DNA of 54,299 bases, counting the filler, from Sluysia triapertura (lineage: Eukaryota), in the NCBI GenBank assembly GCA_046118255.1. It is 4 parts of 4 records of this genome, joined end to end, with 100 filler letters (N's around TTAATTAATTAA, not from the genome) between each part and the next. Parts side by side here need not be neighbours in the genome. Positions count along the whole stretch, not along the records: positions 1 to 12,667 come from JBJNIA010091234.1; positions 12,768 to 24,701 come from JBJNIA010154936.1; 2 more parts are not named here. One strand, 5' to 3'. The notes below the pieces were generated by a model that was given only the letters and a program-made list of their open reading frames with translations, was not told the DNA's origin and ran no database searches. The position numbers were made by a program, and so were the translations under genes. This document shows, piece after piece, positions 1-12,836 of this stretch (its first letter is position 1; each line of letters begins with the position of its first letter).

Positions 1-1506
1 ACTCTTCACTACACACAGCCATCCTTTATTAAGACGCCCTCAACCACCTTTCCAAATATCTATTATTATTATAAATTGACGACCAAACCAACGATAACCC
101 CCATAATTATATTATATTATATTATATTATATTATTTGAAGATTTTAGTGAATATTGTAATTAGTGGGTTTTCTTTTGACTATTTAAAAACGTGTGGATC
201 CAAAGTGAATTTATAACTTAAAATAAGTGATTAAAATGAAGGTGGTTTACAATCGTATTGTGCATTCCGCAAATTCTGCGATTTTTTGAGTAATTATTGT
301 AACGGTTATAAATTGAGCCGCCACGGTTTCCCTTGATCCATCATATCGATCTTCATTTTTGTTAATTGTTCCTTTTCTAATCAAAACCGACTTTAATGTT
401 TCATAATTTTCTCTATATTATTTCCCCATCTATCTATTATTTCGACTAAATATCATTCTAGTGCAGATTCGTCATTCTTCATTTGCTAATGTATCATTAG
501 CTGTGTATTTGGAGAATAAATATATGAACTTGAATAATTTATATTGATTCGTATACACATTTATTACATTTTAATATCCTCCTATTTCTTATTTTAACTT
601 TATGCGCGTGTTTTTTAGTCAACAATAGCAAAGAAGAAGTAGTTTTGAATGCACCCTAAAAATTGATTGAAAAAACAACTACTTGCCTTCGTTTTACCAA
701 ACATGTTTTTCTTTTCTTTTCTTTTCTCAATCTCATTTAGTTAAATTTTCTATTTTCCACATCAAAATGTTAGATTCAGTTCTTTTAATCTGATATTTAA
801 AATTTATTCAAAAAATTTCCTTTATATTAAATATAATAATAATCTGTACCAAACAAAGGTGCCCCGTATGGCGCAAAATTGCTTTTAGGTAAAAAATAGA
901 AAAAGAAATAAATGTATAGTCAATGTATAGTGTGCTTTATGACCATTGATGGTGGTCATTTCATTCGTAGCCACATTTCATAAATTAACCAATCATCCTT
1001 CATGATTATAACTTATTTTCAAGTTTCCATTATATAATTTTAATTAACTTTTAAATTAATTTTGTCATAATTTATCAATCTAACTTTTCAGCATCACATT
1101 TAACCATAAATATTGGTTGTTTATAAAAAAGATTTTGATCGTAAGAAATTATAAAAGATGAAAATGAATGAAGAAAACTTATAAAACAGTGAATAATCTA
1201 CTAAATTTCAATAATTTCAACAATTAAATTATGCATTTCATTGACAAGTTGAACCGGAATTCAAATGCAATGCCTTATTATTACACTCAATTTCTTTAAT
1301 TGGCACTTTTTCGATCTACACTCCCAAAAAGTAGCTCTTTCCCTTATGTATAATCTATTTGTTCAGGAGACTGCATTGGCATTTTCGCAGAACTCAAATT
1401 TTTCAAAAATTTTTTTTATTTTACATTGTTTTACATTCTATTATTTTATTTTACATTGTCTTTTATTTTATTGTCTTCTTTTATTTTATTTTACATTGTT
1501 CTATTG

Positions 1507-1507
1507 A

Positions 1508-1564
<57 letters not shown>
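1507..1564. repeat. (AAT)n microsatellite
   Basis: Perfect AAT run; the source of spurious poly-I/L/Y ORFs. Confidence 0.97.
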
Positions 1565-1566
<2 letters not shown>

Positions 1567-1584
1567 AATATGAAAACATCTAAC

Positions 1585-1769
1585 CAGAGGTAGAAGTATA
1601 TTTGGTGGTTCACCGACAGATGAGGCCTGAGAGCCGATTTTGATAAATTTAATATTTTCTGACCTGTCGCCACTTTTGTTGAGTAATTTTGATAAAGAAA
1701 ACATTTGCGTTTTATCCTCGATCATATTTCTATCACCATCTTCAACCATTTTTATAAAACGTGGAAATT
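1585..1769 (-). CDS. AFDN: Afadin/canoe exon (start of FHA region)
   Basis: TTTAAG acceptor and GTTAGA donor. Phase 1 joins the upstream exon (G|AA=Glu). Translates EFPRFIKMVEDGDRNMIEDKTQMFSLSKLLNKSGDRSENIKFIKIGSQASSVGEPPNILLPL, resembling the afadin segment after RA2 (LPYLVELSPDG..DKPKLYRL). Confidence 0.7.
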
Positions 1770-2660
1770 CTTAAAGCAAAACATGGTTTTAATTTGTTTA
1801 AATAATTTCAAGGTTATTCTAGAAGACTATATGCGCATAAAGAATTCTATTAAACTCAAAAAAAATTTTAAGACTAATGTTTACGCATTGCTTTTAACTG
1901 GGCTATTGTACTAGGAAATCCTTTTACTCCTACTTGAATCGAAACACAAACTTAATTCTTCTGAAATTTGAAAATAAGCCAAATGTTAGTATATTTTAAT
2001 AAGTTTCTAATTACTATTTTTTAATTGATGGTATCAAAATATACTTTAAATAAATTTAATATTATTTTTATTCGGATATTTCAATTCGATCTCGGAATTT
2101 TTAAAAATAATTTTAAACTCAGTATCGATTATAAAATAATCGAGTTAAAATTAATAGACTAATACAGGAAAAATGGTCTTTGGTCTAATAATTTGACCAG
2201 CACTGCATATATATTTTATTTTATATTTTATAGATACCGAATTTTTATACATATAATATTGTATTCCCAAATTTACTAGTAGACCTTATTTGTTTAGAAT
2301 ATTTTTTATGCGATAAAGATTGCGAATATCGTGGACTTTATTAAATTCTTAAATTATTATAAATTACTGTTGTCAAGCCGAATTTTTAATCGGTCGAAAA
2401 ATGCATAATAAATCGTACCGTCTTTAAGTAAGCGGTATCAAATTATATACTTTAATTTAAATAATATTGCTTACTCGAGCCAAAAACTTTTTGTTGAGTT
2501 AATCTACATTATTTTATCCTCACGTAATAATTTATTGAATTTAAGAATAACCCTATTTACTAAGCGGTAGTAAATTATTAATAATAAGAAGCATTAAAGA
2601 AAAATTTACTGAACTAGTTAGCTTAGAATAGATATTAAACCTCCAATAAAATTTAAATTT

Positions 2661-2718
2661 CGCTGATACCTACCGACTAGCCCTTAAGTGTGTAAGACTA
2701 GGATCGTAGGAGACTTGA
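2661..2718 (+). other. Structured hairpin family, divergent copy 1
   Basis: CCTA-c-CGA-CTAG-ccc-TTA-agtgtg-TAA-ga-CTAG-ga-TCG-TAGG then agacttga. Aligns with 40279-40336 (shared ttacacacttaagg and tatcagcg) and with the main family. Confidence 0.7.
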
Positions 2719-2783
2719 TTACTAAATTATTGTCAGCCAATCTTTGAAATATATGTATATTTAATAATTTAATAATCAAGGTA

Positions 2784-2937
2784 GCAAAATGCCAGTTTTT
2801 CAAACAGAAAAATCACTTTCCTAAGTCACAACATCTCCGTTGACGGTATTGAACCACTAAAAATCAGAGACTTTCCGCAACCCCAAACAGTTACACAAAT
2901 GGGAAATTTCTGAGGCTTGGTAAATTAATGTCGACGT
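2784..2937 (+). mobile_element. Degenerate Ty3/Gypsy reverse-transcriptase C-terminal fragment
   Basis: AKCQFFQTE / ITFLSHNISVDGIEPLKIRDFPQPQTVTQMGNF*GLVN*CRR with one frameshift and two stops. Fits the Gypsy pattern KC.F...V.FLGH.IS..GI.P...FP.P.T..QLR.FLGLVNYYRR. Confidence 0.85.
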
Positions 2938-3049
2938 CAGAAAAGTGTACTCTAGGCATTACTTACGGCTTTAGCTACTGTTTGTAATACTAAATGTAAT
3001 ACTATCTAATAGTCGATAGAGTTAAGTATCGCACTTATAATATCACTGA

Positions 3050-3147
3050 ATCAAACACGGCAAATTATTTTTCTGTTATGTTAGTGTGCCGCCAAATTTG
3101 TTGCTACTAAAAGTGTGCCAAGCCAAGAAAAATGTTGAGAATTACTG
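3050..3147. mobile_element. Right end of a non-autonomous Buster/Charlie-type hAT element
   Basis: Subterminal AGTGTGCC repeats; terminus aatgttgagaattaCTG followed by tacTAtac, the NNNTANNN target pattern of Buster hATs. Left end not found. Confidence 0.55.
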
Positions 3148-3437
3148 TACTATACGACAACAAAAAATGATAAAATAGAAATAAGTAAAAATAATTAAAT
3201 TGTTCTTGATTATTAACTTAAATTTAAATAATAAATAATAAAAATAGTAATATTTACAATCTATTTAAAAGAATCCTAAATGAAAATTCGAGATCCAGTT
3301 TGATTGGTTAGATATTTTATTCAATCAATGTACGAAATTGGTAGATTTTTTCAAACGATTTTAGTCGACACTTATTAATTTGAATTTAAAATGAATTGAG
3401 TAACCATCATTTTTTGTTTAAATAGATACAACCTAAC

Positions 3438-3709
3438 CCATAAAGGTGTCCGTAGTATCGTCAATTAAATTTGGATTCTTTAAATGATTAGGTCTTATAT
3501 TATCACTGCTTTGTACAGGATGTTTCGAAGTTGATGGTGGTTCTTCATTAATACTATTCGGCGGAACTCGTGGTTTAGACGGTTGACGATCAGTAGGTGT
3601 ACGACGACGTATTGAAAACGTTGCATAACCACGTTTTGGTGGACATTTAACCAATATTCCTAAAGGACAATCGAAATCATGCAAAATAATTTCTTCTGGC
3701 ATTTCATTT
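3438..3709 (-). CDS. AFDN: Afadin/canoe exon (C-terminal part of RA2 and linker)
   Basis: TGTAG acceptor, GTTAGG donor, phases consistent with both neighbours. EEIILHDFDCPLGILVKCPPKRGYATFSIRRR resembles afadin EIILDDDECPLQI...LVFQLKRR. Confidence 0.88.
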
Positions 3710-3777
3710 CTACATAATTAAAAGTACATTATTATTTACTTATAATTGTAAATAGATAAAAATATATAAAAATTTAC

Positions 3778-3967
3778 CTGTGTCGTGCTTCGCGTGTTGG
3801 TATATTTTGTTGTATTAATAAATAACATCTTTGATCTTCATTACCTAAACCATACTTCTCTAATGTTTCTGCCAATACTTTTTCTGCTGTATCATTAACA
3901 GAAAGTAATAAAGTTTTATATGGAATATCAGGATTGATTGAATCACCGTATATTTTTAATGTGCCAC
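3778..3967 (-). CDS. AFDN: Afadin/canoe exon (RA2 domain, N-terminal part)
   Basis: GTLKIYGDSINPDIPYKTLLLSVNDTAEKVLAETLEKYGL matches the afadin RA2 signature GTLRIYADSLKPNIPYKTILLS..EALEKYGL. TGTAG acceptor, CAG|GTAAAT donor, 68-nt intron to the next exon. Confidence 0.92.
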
Positions 3968-4691
3968 CTACAAATATTTAAAGAAATTATACGTAATAAT
4001 GATTGATTTATTTAATAATAATTAATGATAAATTGTATGATTATTATCATCATTATTTGAAATTAGACATTTAATCAATACATTTTAGATGTATTAAAAT
4101 GACAGAAACAGAAAGTACCACTGTCATCATCTTATTAAAAATAGATAATGAAAAACAGCAAATAAAATGCAAAGGATACTCAATGAAATATAAGAAATTA
4201 ACCAATGGAGAAAACATAATTGGTAGAAAGTACAATATAAAGCAGTGTCTTCTACTCATTAAATCATAATACACCAGTTTGTTAATGCAAGCCATTTTGG
4301 TTGTTATCTAAAAACCCTTGCTAATATTACCTGGTAGTAATGATAATAAGACGAGCAAACTCAGGAGTAGAACTCAAATATGTTATACAATCTCCTATTT
4401 GAACAGAACTAAAGAGAAAATATTTATACATAAAATTGATAGTACAGTTTAATTTTTGAAATTCCATAAATTATAAATATAAATTATAATTATAAATATC
4501 AAATTTATAACAATAGTAATATATTAATTTATATTGCGTTCATTTCTACTATAAAGTAAGTACTCAAAGCGCTTAAATTAAATCATTCACTATAATATTT
4601 CTGTTTTCTTAAATATTTCATAATCTTCCAGTAATTTGACATTCTCTGGTAGTACTGGTTGTATATTTCTGAAACATAAACGGTATGCAAT

Positions 4692-4769
4692 CTATCACCT
4701 AGCTCTTATTATCACGTCTCAATGAATTATTCATCTTGGTTTCCAAATTTGTTATTATTTCTAAGAGAT
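4692..4769. repeat. Dispersed duplicate of 28697-28792 (decayed minus-strand coding fragment)
   Basis: Both share ctatcacctagctc...gtctcaatgaa.tattcatcttggtttccaa...ttattatttctaagagat; minus strand reads LLEIITNLETKMNNSLR. Confidence 0.8.
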
Positions 4770-6204
4770 ATTCAGGACTTCCGTAATGTAAGCATTTGTA
4801 AATTATTGTCATGATTTTGAATTCTATTCTTACATTACATCTTCTTCCCACATGGCGAAGTAGTCTTGTTGCTTGATTATAATTATTAATTGTAATTTTT
4901 CCACTTTTCTATATGAAATTGAGTACAATAAGCCATTGTTAAAATCTCAGTTATTAGTTATCAATGAATGAACAATAAGTTTAGCTGTTTCTTTATTAAA
5001 CAATTTTCGCATAAGTAATATTTTATTTAACAATACAGTTATTTAAAACTATCCTTCAGAATTGAATCATATAATTCATTTATTTAAATGTTTTAATCAA
5101 CTATGATTAAATTTATAATCTCATTATTTTGAAGTGAAAAATCATTCGACATTCGAATAAAAAATGCAAACTATGAAAACAAAATAATTTGATGGAGACT
5201 CGATGGAGAAAATGATAATCCATTCTGCATCACATGACTCATACTACCACAAATTGTTTGGCAAAATCGAATACATGATCTCACATTAATAAATTAAATA
5301 TTAATTATTAAAGAAATAGCCAAACAAAATTTATTGATTAACTAAAATTTTCTTTGTTTATTTAGTGTCATAAGTAAACATTTATCTGTTTAGATAAATT
5401 GTTTAATTTGTCATCACTTTATATACAAAGTTCAATATCGTAACAATCGTGGTATAATAGTAATAATAGTGATAATGATAATGATAATAATAATAGTAAT
5501 AAGTAATTATGATTAGAGAAAGAGGTCGACAGAAAATGTGTGACATGGATGCTTCATACATTTTATGAGGTTTTGATGCAACCTGCGAGTACCTTTATGC
5601 ATATTGATTATTCTTTACTTCTCAAATATTTGCTCTGGGTTTCTTAAAGCGAAACCTACGGGAAAATAAAATTGAGCAGGGTCCGGTTACAGTAAACGTA
5701 TTACAACTTGGAGTTAGCGCTTCTATAACTAATAGTTAAAAATTTTGCTAAATTGACTTTAAAAACAAGTCACTATTTCTAGGAGGGTTTTAAATATATC
5801 TCAATAATCAAATCGATTTATCAAAGAAGTAAACAGTACTAATTTTTATTGGTACGACAAAAGTTTTGTGATGTGGTCTGACATTTCAATCAACAACTTT
5901 GATTTTAAATAAGATTTAACATTTGTAAGTTTTAATTTTAAATAAGACTTAAAGTTCATAGGGTCTTAAAATTAACAAAGAAAACAATTAACATGTATTT
6001 TATTTATATTCGAAAATTTTTAACATTTAATTTTAAATTTTGATTCGTGTCAATCGATTCTTGGGCATGCTTCAATAATGGTTTTTTGTACGTTTCTGAA
6101 AAAACATTAAGAGATAAGGATACATGATTAAAACATGATTATAAATATAATCAGAATTGAAAATTATAATTACTTTCAAGTTATGTTCATTGTTATTGTG
6201 GAAA

Positions 6205-6704
6205 TCAGTTCTTGGGTTCTGTACTGATGGTCTGTCCAGTCTGACATCCAGGCAAAAACATCCACGAATATAAACAGGTACTGCCAAACCTAGCACACTT
6301 CCCACCTTGGGTCGTGCCGCATCGACACAAACCAGACTTGATGTGTAGTGAGTATTGATCATAAGATTGACCTTTATTGGAGCACCTTGCCTTGTGCAAA
6401 TCTGATTGGATCACTTGAATTCTGGTATAGAAACATCAGGTTCAGCGGTGAAATCTATATGTTTATATATTTTTATCAGATTAACAATTTGAAATTCTAA
6501 ATTTTCAACACATGTTTACTCAATTTCGAGTCGAAATGCGCCTTTCATCGATAAATCTAGGATTTTATCATGTAATTTGCAGGCTTGAATCATCTGCTTA
6601 TTCAATATCCTCATCTGTTTACAATTAATAAAACGTTCATTGATTACTAAATCTGTACCACAATAGGATGACCATTCACACGCACTAAAATTAATGACCT
6701 GCAT
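6205..6704 (-). pseudogene. Decayed Cys-rich vWF/mucin-like (C8 + TIL-like) gene fragment
   Basis: CGTDLVINERFINCKQMRILNKQMIQACKL resembles C8-domain spacing. After a GT..AG interval (6519-6455), CSNKGQSYDQ..CARFGSTC shifts frame into IRGCFCLD, resembling a TIL domain. Stops and frameshifts present. Confidence 0.4.
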
Positions 6705-7752
6705 GGACAGACAACATAAATATACTCAAAACAGCGACAACAAATTGATGATCGGAATTGTGACTTATTTCATCACAACTGTACACTAATGTTTTACTAC
6801 TTAATACTGCATCCGTTTCTTTTATGTTATTTAAAACTTATATCCAAGTTTGTCAATTTCAATTCATTATCAAAATTCGCTGTCACTTCGTCCATAATAT
6901 GCTCACATTGACTCAAAATATCCAAACAAATATGCAATAATTTTCCACTATGGCTCACATGACCAAACGCTTCTGCAACAGCTTTATAAATTACAGTTGA
7001 ACGTATAGTAGCGCCATCATCTAATAACTTACAATTTAGCTACTCTTTCCAGTCATGATCATCATTAAGATTCTTCAATAAATTCTAAATAATCCATCAC
7101 AACTGTCATGTAATGTAACAAAAGTGGAATAAATCGTGTTTATTGAATGAGATAAATCTATCGGAACTAGAAACATTCCATTATCTAATTTTGAATTGGT
7201 CTCTATATAATTTTCAAGAGCTGTAATTATTATTAGATCACACGAAGAATCTTCATTAGACTTTGCTATTTCGTTTTTAACATAATTGTCGTAACTAATA
7301 TTGTCGTAAATTTTTCTTGTTTAACTTTCATTAATTTAATTATTTTTAACATTCTAAACAAATACTATTTTTACTTTTGATGATAAAATTTTTTCATGTT
7401 ATGAGTGGCTGCCCAATTAAAACAAGAGAAGAAAACGATATTAATAATTTCAATTAGGCAGTCAGTAAAATGTTTAGTAAAAGACAATACATATGATTCA
7501 CTGTCATCAGTCTACAGTTAATAAAGCAACACCAAATGATTTTAAATGCCTGTCGACTGATGGTAGGTTAAATAATACAAAAATTTTGTGTCTGTTGAAA
7601 AATGCAACCACTATCAATAGTGACAATAAACTGTGCAAGTGAATTAATAGTGTCACCACTGATAGAGGTAGTTACAAAATTAATAAATTAATAAAATTGT
7701 TCGTAAAAATAATGCATAAATAAAATGATGAGAGTAATAATAATAACAATAA

Positions 7753-7754
<2 letters not shown>

Positions 7755-7805
<51 letters not shown>
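7755..7805. repeat. (ATT)n microsatellite
   Basis: Perfect trinucleotide run. Confidence 0.97.
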
Positions 7806-7806
<1 letters not shown>

Positions 7807-10273
7807 GATTCTTAAATATAAAATAATATATATAAAATATAAAGGACATGATATTTCTGTTATTATAATGCTAGTTCTTAAAATACTTGAATGGCTGAGA
7901 ATTAAAGAATTGTGAACTTGAAGTGTTTTACTTTTACGACGTATGTTGTACTTCTAAAGTTATGAAATTGTGAATAAAATGTTTTAGTTAAAGTTTATTG
8001 CACATTAGTGATTTTGAATGAAGATGTGATTTTAATGTTATATGATGATGAATAATATGTTTTAAATGAATTTTTTAAATGTCATTTAATGGTTTTACAG
8101 AAGATAATGTTTGGATGTTGAGAACTAGTGGACTTACGTGTTTTGAGATAATGAAGAGATGTTTTATATGAATTTTTAAATATACTTTGATGTTTTTGAA
8201 TAAAAGTAATGTTTGGATGGTTTCCGATGGTGGGTATTATTTGGGTAATATAGAGTCTTAAGTCTGAAATGTTTGAAAGTAACAAAAATTGTGAAATATT
8301 ATGAAGAACGATTTTGTAGCATCAAGAAAAATAAATAAAATTTTTAAAATCATATGTTGGCTACCACAAAAAGTTAATAAATAAAAAGAAAAAGATGTGA
8401 TTTTAAAAATTAAAATTCAATAGAATATTTGATTATTTTTTAAATTTTATTTAATGAAAATCCCCTCACCAGATCCGGGCAAAAACTAATTTTAATAAAA
8501 GATTTTATCGTATGAATTTAAAACTTTTATCTCCTCTTGGAAGATAAAAATTCTCTACAAAAAAATAAATTAACGCATTCATGGAATAAAGTTTGCTGTT
8601 CAAAATCTTCAAATACCAATTGAACTGATTAAACCGTAAATAAATAAAATAACTGGTTATTAAAAATGAAAAGAGTTGAAAATAATGTGACTAATAAATT
8701 GTGTTTTAAAATTGAACTGATGCTAGTTTATATACTAGTCATCAGCCAATAGAAATCGATGGAATGTTCTAGAACATTCTAGAAGCTTCTATTCTATTTT
8801 TAGAAGCTTATTTTCTTTTTTGGAATTTTTATTTTCTTTTTTTGAAAATAATTGTTTTTTTGGAAGCTTTAAAATATTTCTTATATGATTGTAAAATTTT
8901 TTAATGATAGCTTACATAATTTTAGAGGGTTGTATATATAGAATTACGAAAGAATTAAAGCGGATATAAATTTATTGTCCAAATAATAGCAATAATATGT
9001 AATGAGATTAAAAAGTTTATTTTATTTAAAAGCGAAATTGGCTAAGTAACGTGATTATTAATAGAAATAAATTGATTACAAAGAGATTATCATAGAAGAG
9101 AACTAAATAAATATTGAGCTGGATTAAACAACCATAAAACGACATTTTTACCGAGCCTCACACAAAATAAATAAGAGAAGTAATAATAGTCTGTTACTGA
9201 ATCAAGAATTTGGTTTGGATCGTTACTTTGGTTACTTTAGGTTGATAATTTGCTAATTTTGATTGTTTATTTGATTAACTTAATTTCATCTATTGATAAT
9301 TCTGCCTATTTTATCCAGAGCTAAAATAAAAGTAAAATTAAAATAAACCTTAGTCAAAATCTTAAGAATTCATCTAAAATCTTTAAATTGTAAATTATTA
9401 AATAGAAGATCAATTATAAGATTATGTATGCTTTTTTATTATTGGTTGGTACACAGTTTATTTTATTATATCACCATTTTCTTATCACTGTATAAGCCTG
9501 TTATTGTTTTACACGTTTAAAATCATTTACTTTTACGAGTAGAACTCCGATTTCATGTAGACTTTATATTACTACATAAGGTATCAATAGAGTTCGAAAT
9601 AAAATGAATTAAATTTGAGTAATTCTAAGAAAATTAAAATAAAAGTTCAATTACAAATAATTTCAATAAGTACTATTAGTTTCAATTAAAAGGTAAACAA
9701 TTTGTAGTTTTTCATAATATAAAAGTACATAAAGATTTTTATTATAAATATTACAATAGTTTAAAAAAAATTACTTACAATAAGTTATTATATTACAAAC
9801 ATTTGATAAATAAAAATGTGAACGTTAACCGTTTAAGTTAAAAAGTGAAATGTGATTATATTTTATAAAATTTGTCAATAAATATGAAATTCAATATTTT
9901 CATGTCAAAAGTTGTCTCATATTATTGTTAATAAAGACATTATGGAATATTGAGTTTCTTAATATGAAGTGAATAATAATAAAAACATCGCATAACACAT
10001 TATCGTATTAATAATAAATTATTAATTTTGCATTTTTAAATTAATAATGATTTCATTGATAATGTACTATGGAAAAAAATTTGAACGATAAAATAAGTAC
10101 TGAATGCACTTAAAAATATCCTTACTTATTCTACGAAGCAGGTTTAATGGAATTCTCGAGAGCTGCAATAAAGAAGCTGTTATATATTTAAATTTTTATA
10201 AAATAAAAATTAAACAATCTTTTGTTTTTTCTTAGTGCAACATGTATTTAATAAAAATTAACATTTATCTCAA

Positions 10274-10400
10274 TTGCGGTGGTTCAAACCATCATTCAAA
10301 ATTTTAACAAATACAAATAAACTAAACTTCACATTTATTTTACAAAATATCAAACAAATGTGCAATCACACCAACATCAAAACCACTAAAAACTTAAAAT
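10274..10400 (+). repeat. G-depleted leader family copy (homologous to 16777-16900)
   Basis: ttgcggtggttcaaacc...caaaaccactaaaaactt aligns with ttgaggtggttcaacc...caaaacaactaaatactt over about 125 nt. Confidence 0.65.
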
Positions 10401-10963
10401 CAGACAGGGTTTATAACAATGAAATTTCTATAATAACACTCTCAATCCTTTCTAACACTTTTTCTTTTAACTTGCATCCCACCCTTTTTAACGCTTTTGT
10501 CAATAGGAATTTCATCTGTATCTTCTGCTCTGAACTTCTGAACCTGATAACAAAATACTATTGAAAATTTGAACAATAATAATGAGCTTTGTACTAAGAT
10601 TATTTTGATTAATCGATTAATCGATTACATAGTCAATTGAAAGAAATTAAAGAACAATCGGCAACTGAACATAATGTTGAAGAAGAAGTTAAAATTAAGC
10701 GACCAAATCTGTGAAGAAGATGTAAATGATTGTGTTGATAGTAAAAAGTTACCGCTTGAAAACACCAATAGTAAAGTTACTTCCGAACCTATTTTAGAAT
10801 TTAAGGAAGTAGATATGATAGAACAAAGTGTTGAAATTTTAAAAGAAAGCAATAAAAAATTCATTTAAAGTACAAAATAATGCACAATTACCTAATCTTA
10901 CTGATGCTGTTGAAACTAACGAATTGAATATGTTGTGAACCTTCGGAAAATTGTACTGATACC

Positions 10964-11167
10964 ATGCTGACTAATAAAGAACATAGATTTTGATACAAAA
11001 TGAGGTGCATCGGAAAACAAAAATATTGTGTGAGAAATACTTGATATTGACTCTGGTAATGAAGTGGAGAAATAGAATTAATTATCAAGATTCGAGATGT
11101 TAATGATCATCCTCGAGTTTTTCATATCCATAATTCTATATTTGATGTTTTCGAGAATATTCAAAAG
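10964..11167 (+). pseudogene. Decayed cadherin-repeat exon
   Basis: With frameshifts: MLTNK/NIDFDTK*...EILDIDSGNEVE/IELIIKIRDVNDHPRVFHIHNSIFDVFENIQK. Contains the cadherin DxNDHxPxF-like linker and ends at an AAG|GTA donor. Confidence 0.7.
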
Positions 11168-11382
11168 GTACAAAAAAGCGAAAAAGATCTTTGTTACATT
11201 TTCGTAACGATTAATTGTATAAAAGCAAAAATTTAGAAATATATTTCAAGATACTTAATGGTAGCATTAAAACGTTACATTTTATATTTTATTAAACATA
11301 AATTTAGAAAATTTAAACTTTTAAGGACTAAAACGTAATGTCTTGGGATAAATATTGTTATGAATTAGCTAAAATGAAATCA

Positions 11383-11670
11383 TTTGATTTAAATGACAAG
11401 TGTTTCATTATTAATAAAGAATGGTATGATAAAATGTGTCAATCAAAATATTGAAATGGTTCCAATTTATTAATTTATTATTAAATGTCATTAAACAAGT
11501 AAAAAACAGAAATTTTATTACAAAATAACTACGAATTGGTTCCCGAAGAAGTTTGGAATTATCTAATTAAACAAAATGGCTGTGATTGTCGAGCAAATGA
11601 TGAAATTTTTGCACGGAAAGTGATTGAATCGTACAATAATGTAATTGTTGAAGTTCAATATCTATCTGTG
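11383..11670 (+). pseudogene. Decayed DUSP domain of a USP4/11/15-type deubiquitinase
   Basis: NDKCFIINKEWYDKM ... NYELVPEEVWNYLIKQNGCDCRANDEIFARKVIESYNNVIVEVQYL resembles DUSP DY.LVP.EAWN.L..WYG...PI.RKVVE...VEVY. Stop and frameshift between the two blocks. Confidence 0.72.
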
Positions 11671-12185
11671 GTAAAAAAAACCAAATAGTTAAACAAATTC
11701 TTTTACGTACTAATACTTTAATGATGTTTTTAGATTTATTGAAGAAAAACTTAATATATTTGATAAAAATATGTGCATTTTACAAAAAATGAATAATAGC
11801 ACTTTTGATATAGTTCAAATCGCAGATAATATAACAGTTGATGCTGAATGTGATAATTATGAGCACGAGAACAATGAGTATGATGACATGAATGAGAATT
11901 TTGAGTTGTAGATTCAATAATAAGCAAAGTAATAAAAATGATCATATTCATAATAATAATTTTAAAATAATGCATTTTGATATAAATACGCTACCAAAAT
12001 TAGCAGTACACAAATTAATTTTGTGAACAAACATTTTTTAAATAAGAATTAAATAGATAGAACGCGAAAAAACAAGATCATGCAATTTCAACTTCATTGC
12101 TAGAAAAGTATGACAAAGCAATGACCATTCGTGTCGAAAGTGTTACCAGACAGCAATTACAAAATATTTGAAAACCTTTAAAATT

Positions 12186-12495
12186 TAGTATAAACTCCAT
12201 TTTTAGTTTGGTATTGAACGATCTAAGGAATGCTGGTTATATGAAAATGGTTATTTATCTGTGTGAAAATGCAATGTATATATTTACAAACGGAAAATTG
12301 TAAAGTTGCATTTATTTGAAATGTTTAAAGTATCTATGCAACTACACTTAAGCCAATTATTATGATATGTAAAATTATTGAAAGTAAACTTGGTATAAAC
12401 TCTATTTTTAGTTTGGTATTAAATGAGATAAAGAATGTTGGTTATGTAAAAATGGCTACCCATGCCCTGAATATATTTACAAATGGGAAATTTTG
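12186..12495. repeat. Diverged tandem duplication (unit ~205 nt)
   Basis: gtataaactc.atttttagtttggtatt..gaatg.tggttat...aaaatgg..atatttacaaa occurs at ~12188 and ~12393. Confidence 0.8.
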
Positions 12496-12667
12496 TAATT
12501 TCAGTTAGTGCTTTTAGGGAAATCACACAAAATTCATCAAACTTCATCACATAAAAACATTTCACATATACATAGATCACTAAACAAAATTACTAAACTC
12601 ATTCAAAAAACAAACATAATCATTGCACATAATTATCATGAACTACAGCTATTATTATTATAGTTCA

Positions 12668-12767
12668 NNNNNNNNNNNNNNNNNNNNNNNNNNNNNNNNN
12701 NNNNNNNNNNNTTAATTAATTAANNNNNNNNNNNNNNNNNNNNNNNNNNNNNNNNNNNNNNNNNNNN
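12668..12767. other. Assembly gap with artificial TTAATTAATTAA spacer (also 24702-24801, 41156-41255)
   Basis: The same 12-mer, a stop in all six frames, is centred in three 100-nt N gaps. Confidence 0.95.

Positions 12768-12836
<69 letters not shown>

Noticed and set aside
240-500. Next afadin exon
   Set aside because: Minus-strand frames have stops and no FHA similarity; possibly retroelement debris, but not assignable.
1265-1673. Supplied ORFs with poly-I/L/Y runs (also 19886, 30919, 30983, 35550, 39431)
   Set aside because: Products of AAT/ATT microsatellites and AT-rich low complexity.
12712-12723. TTAATTAATTAA as a biological motif
   Set aside because: Occurs only centred in N gaps; an assembly spacer.
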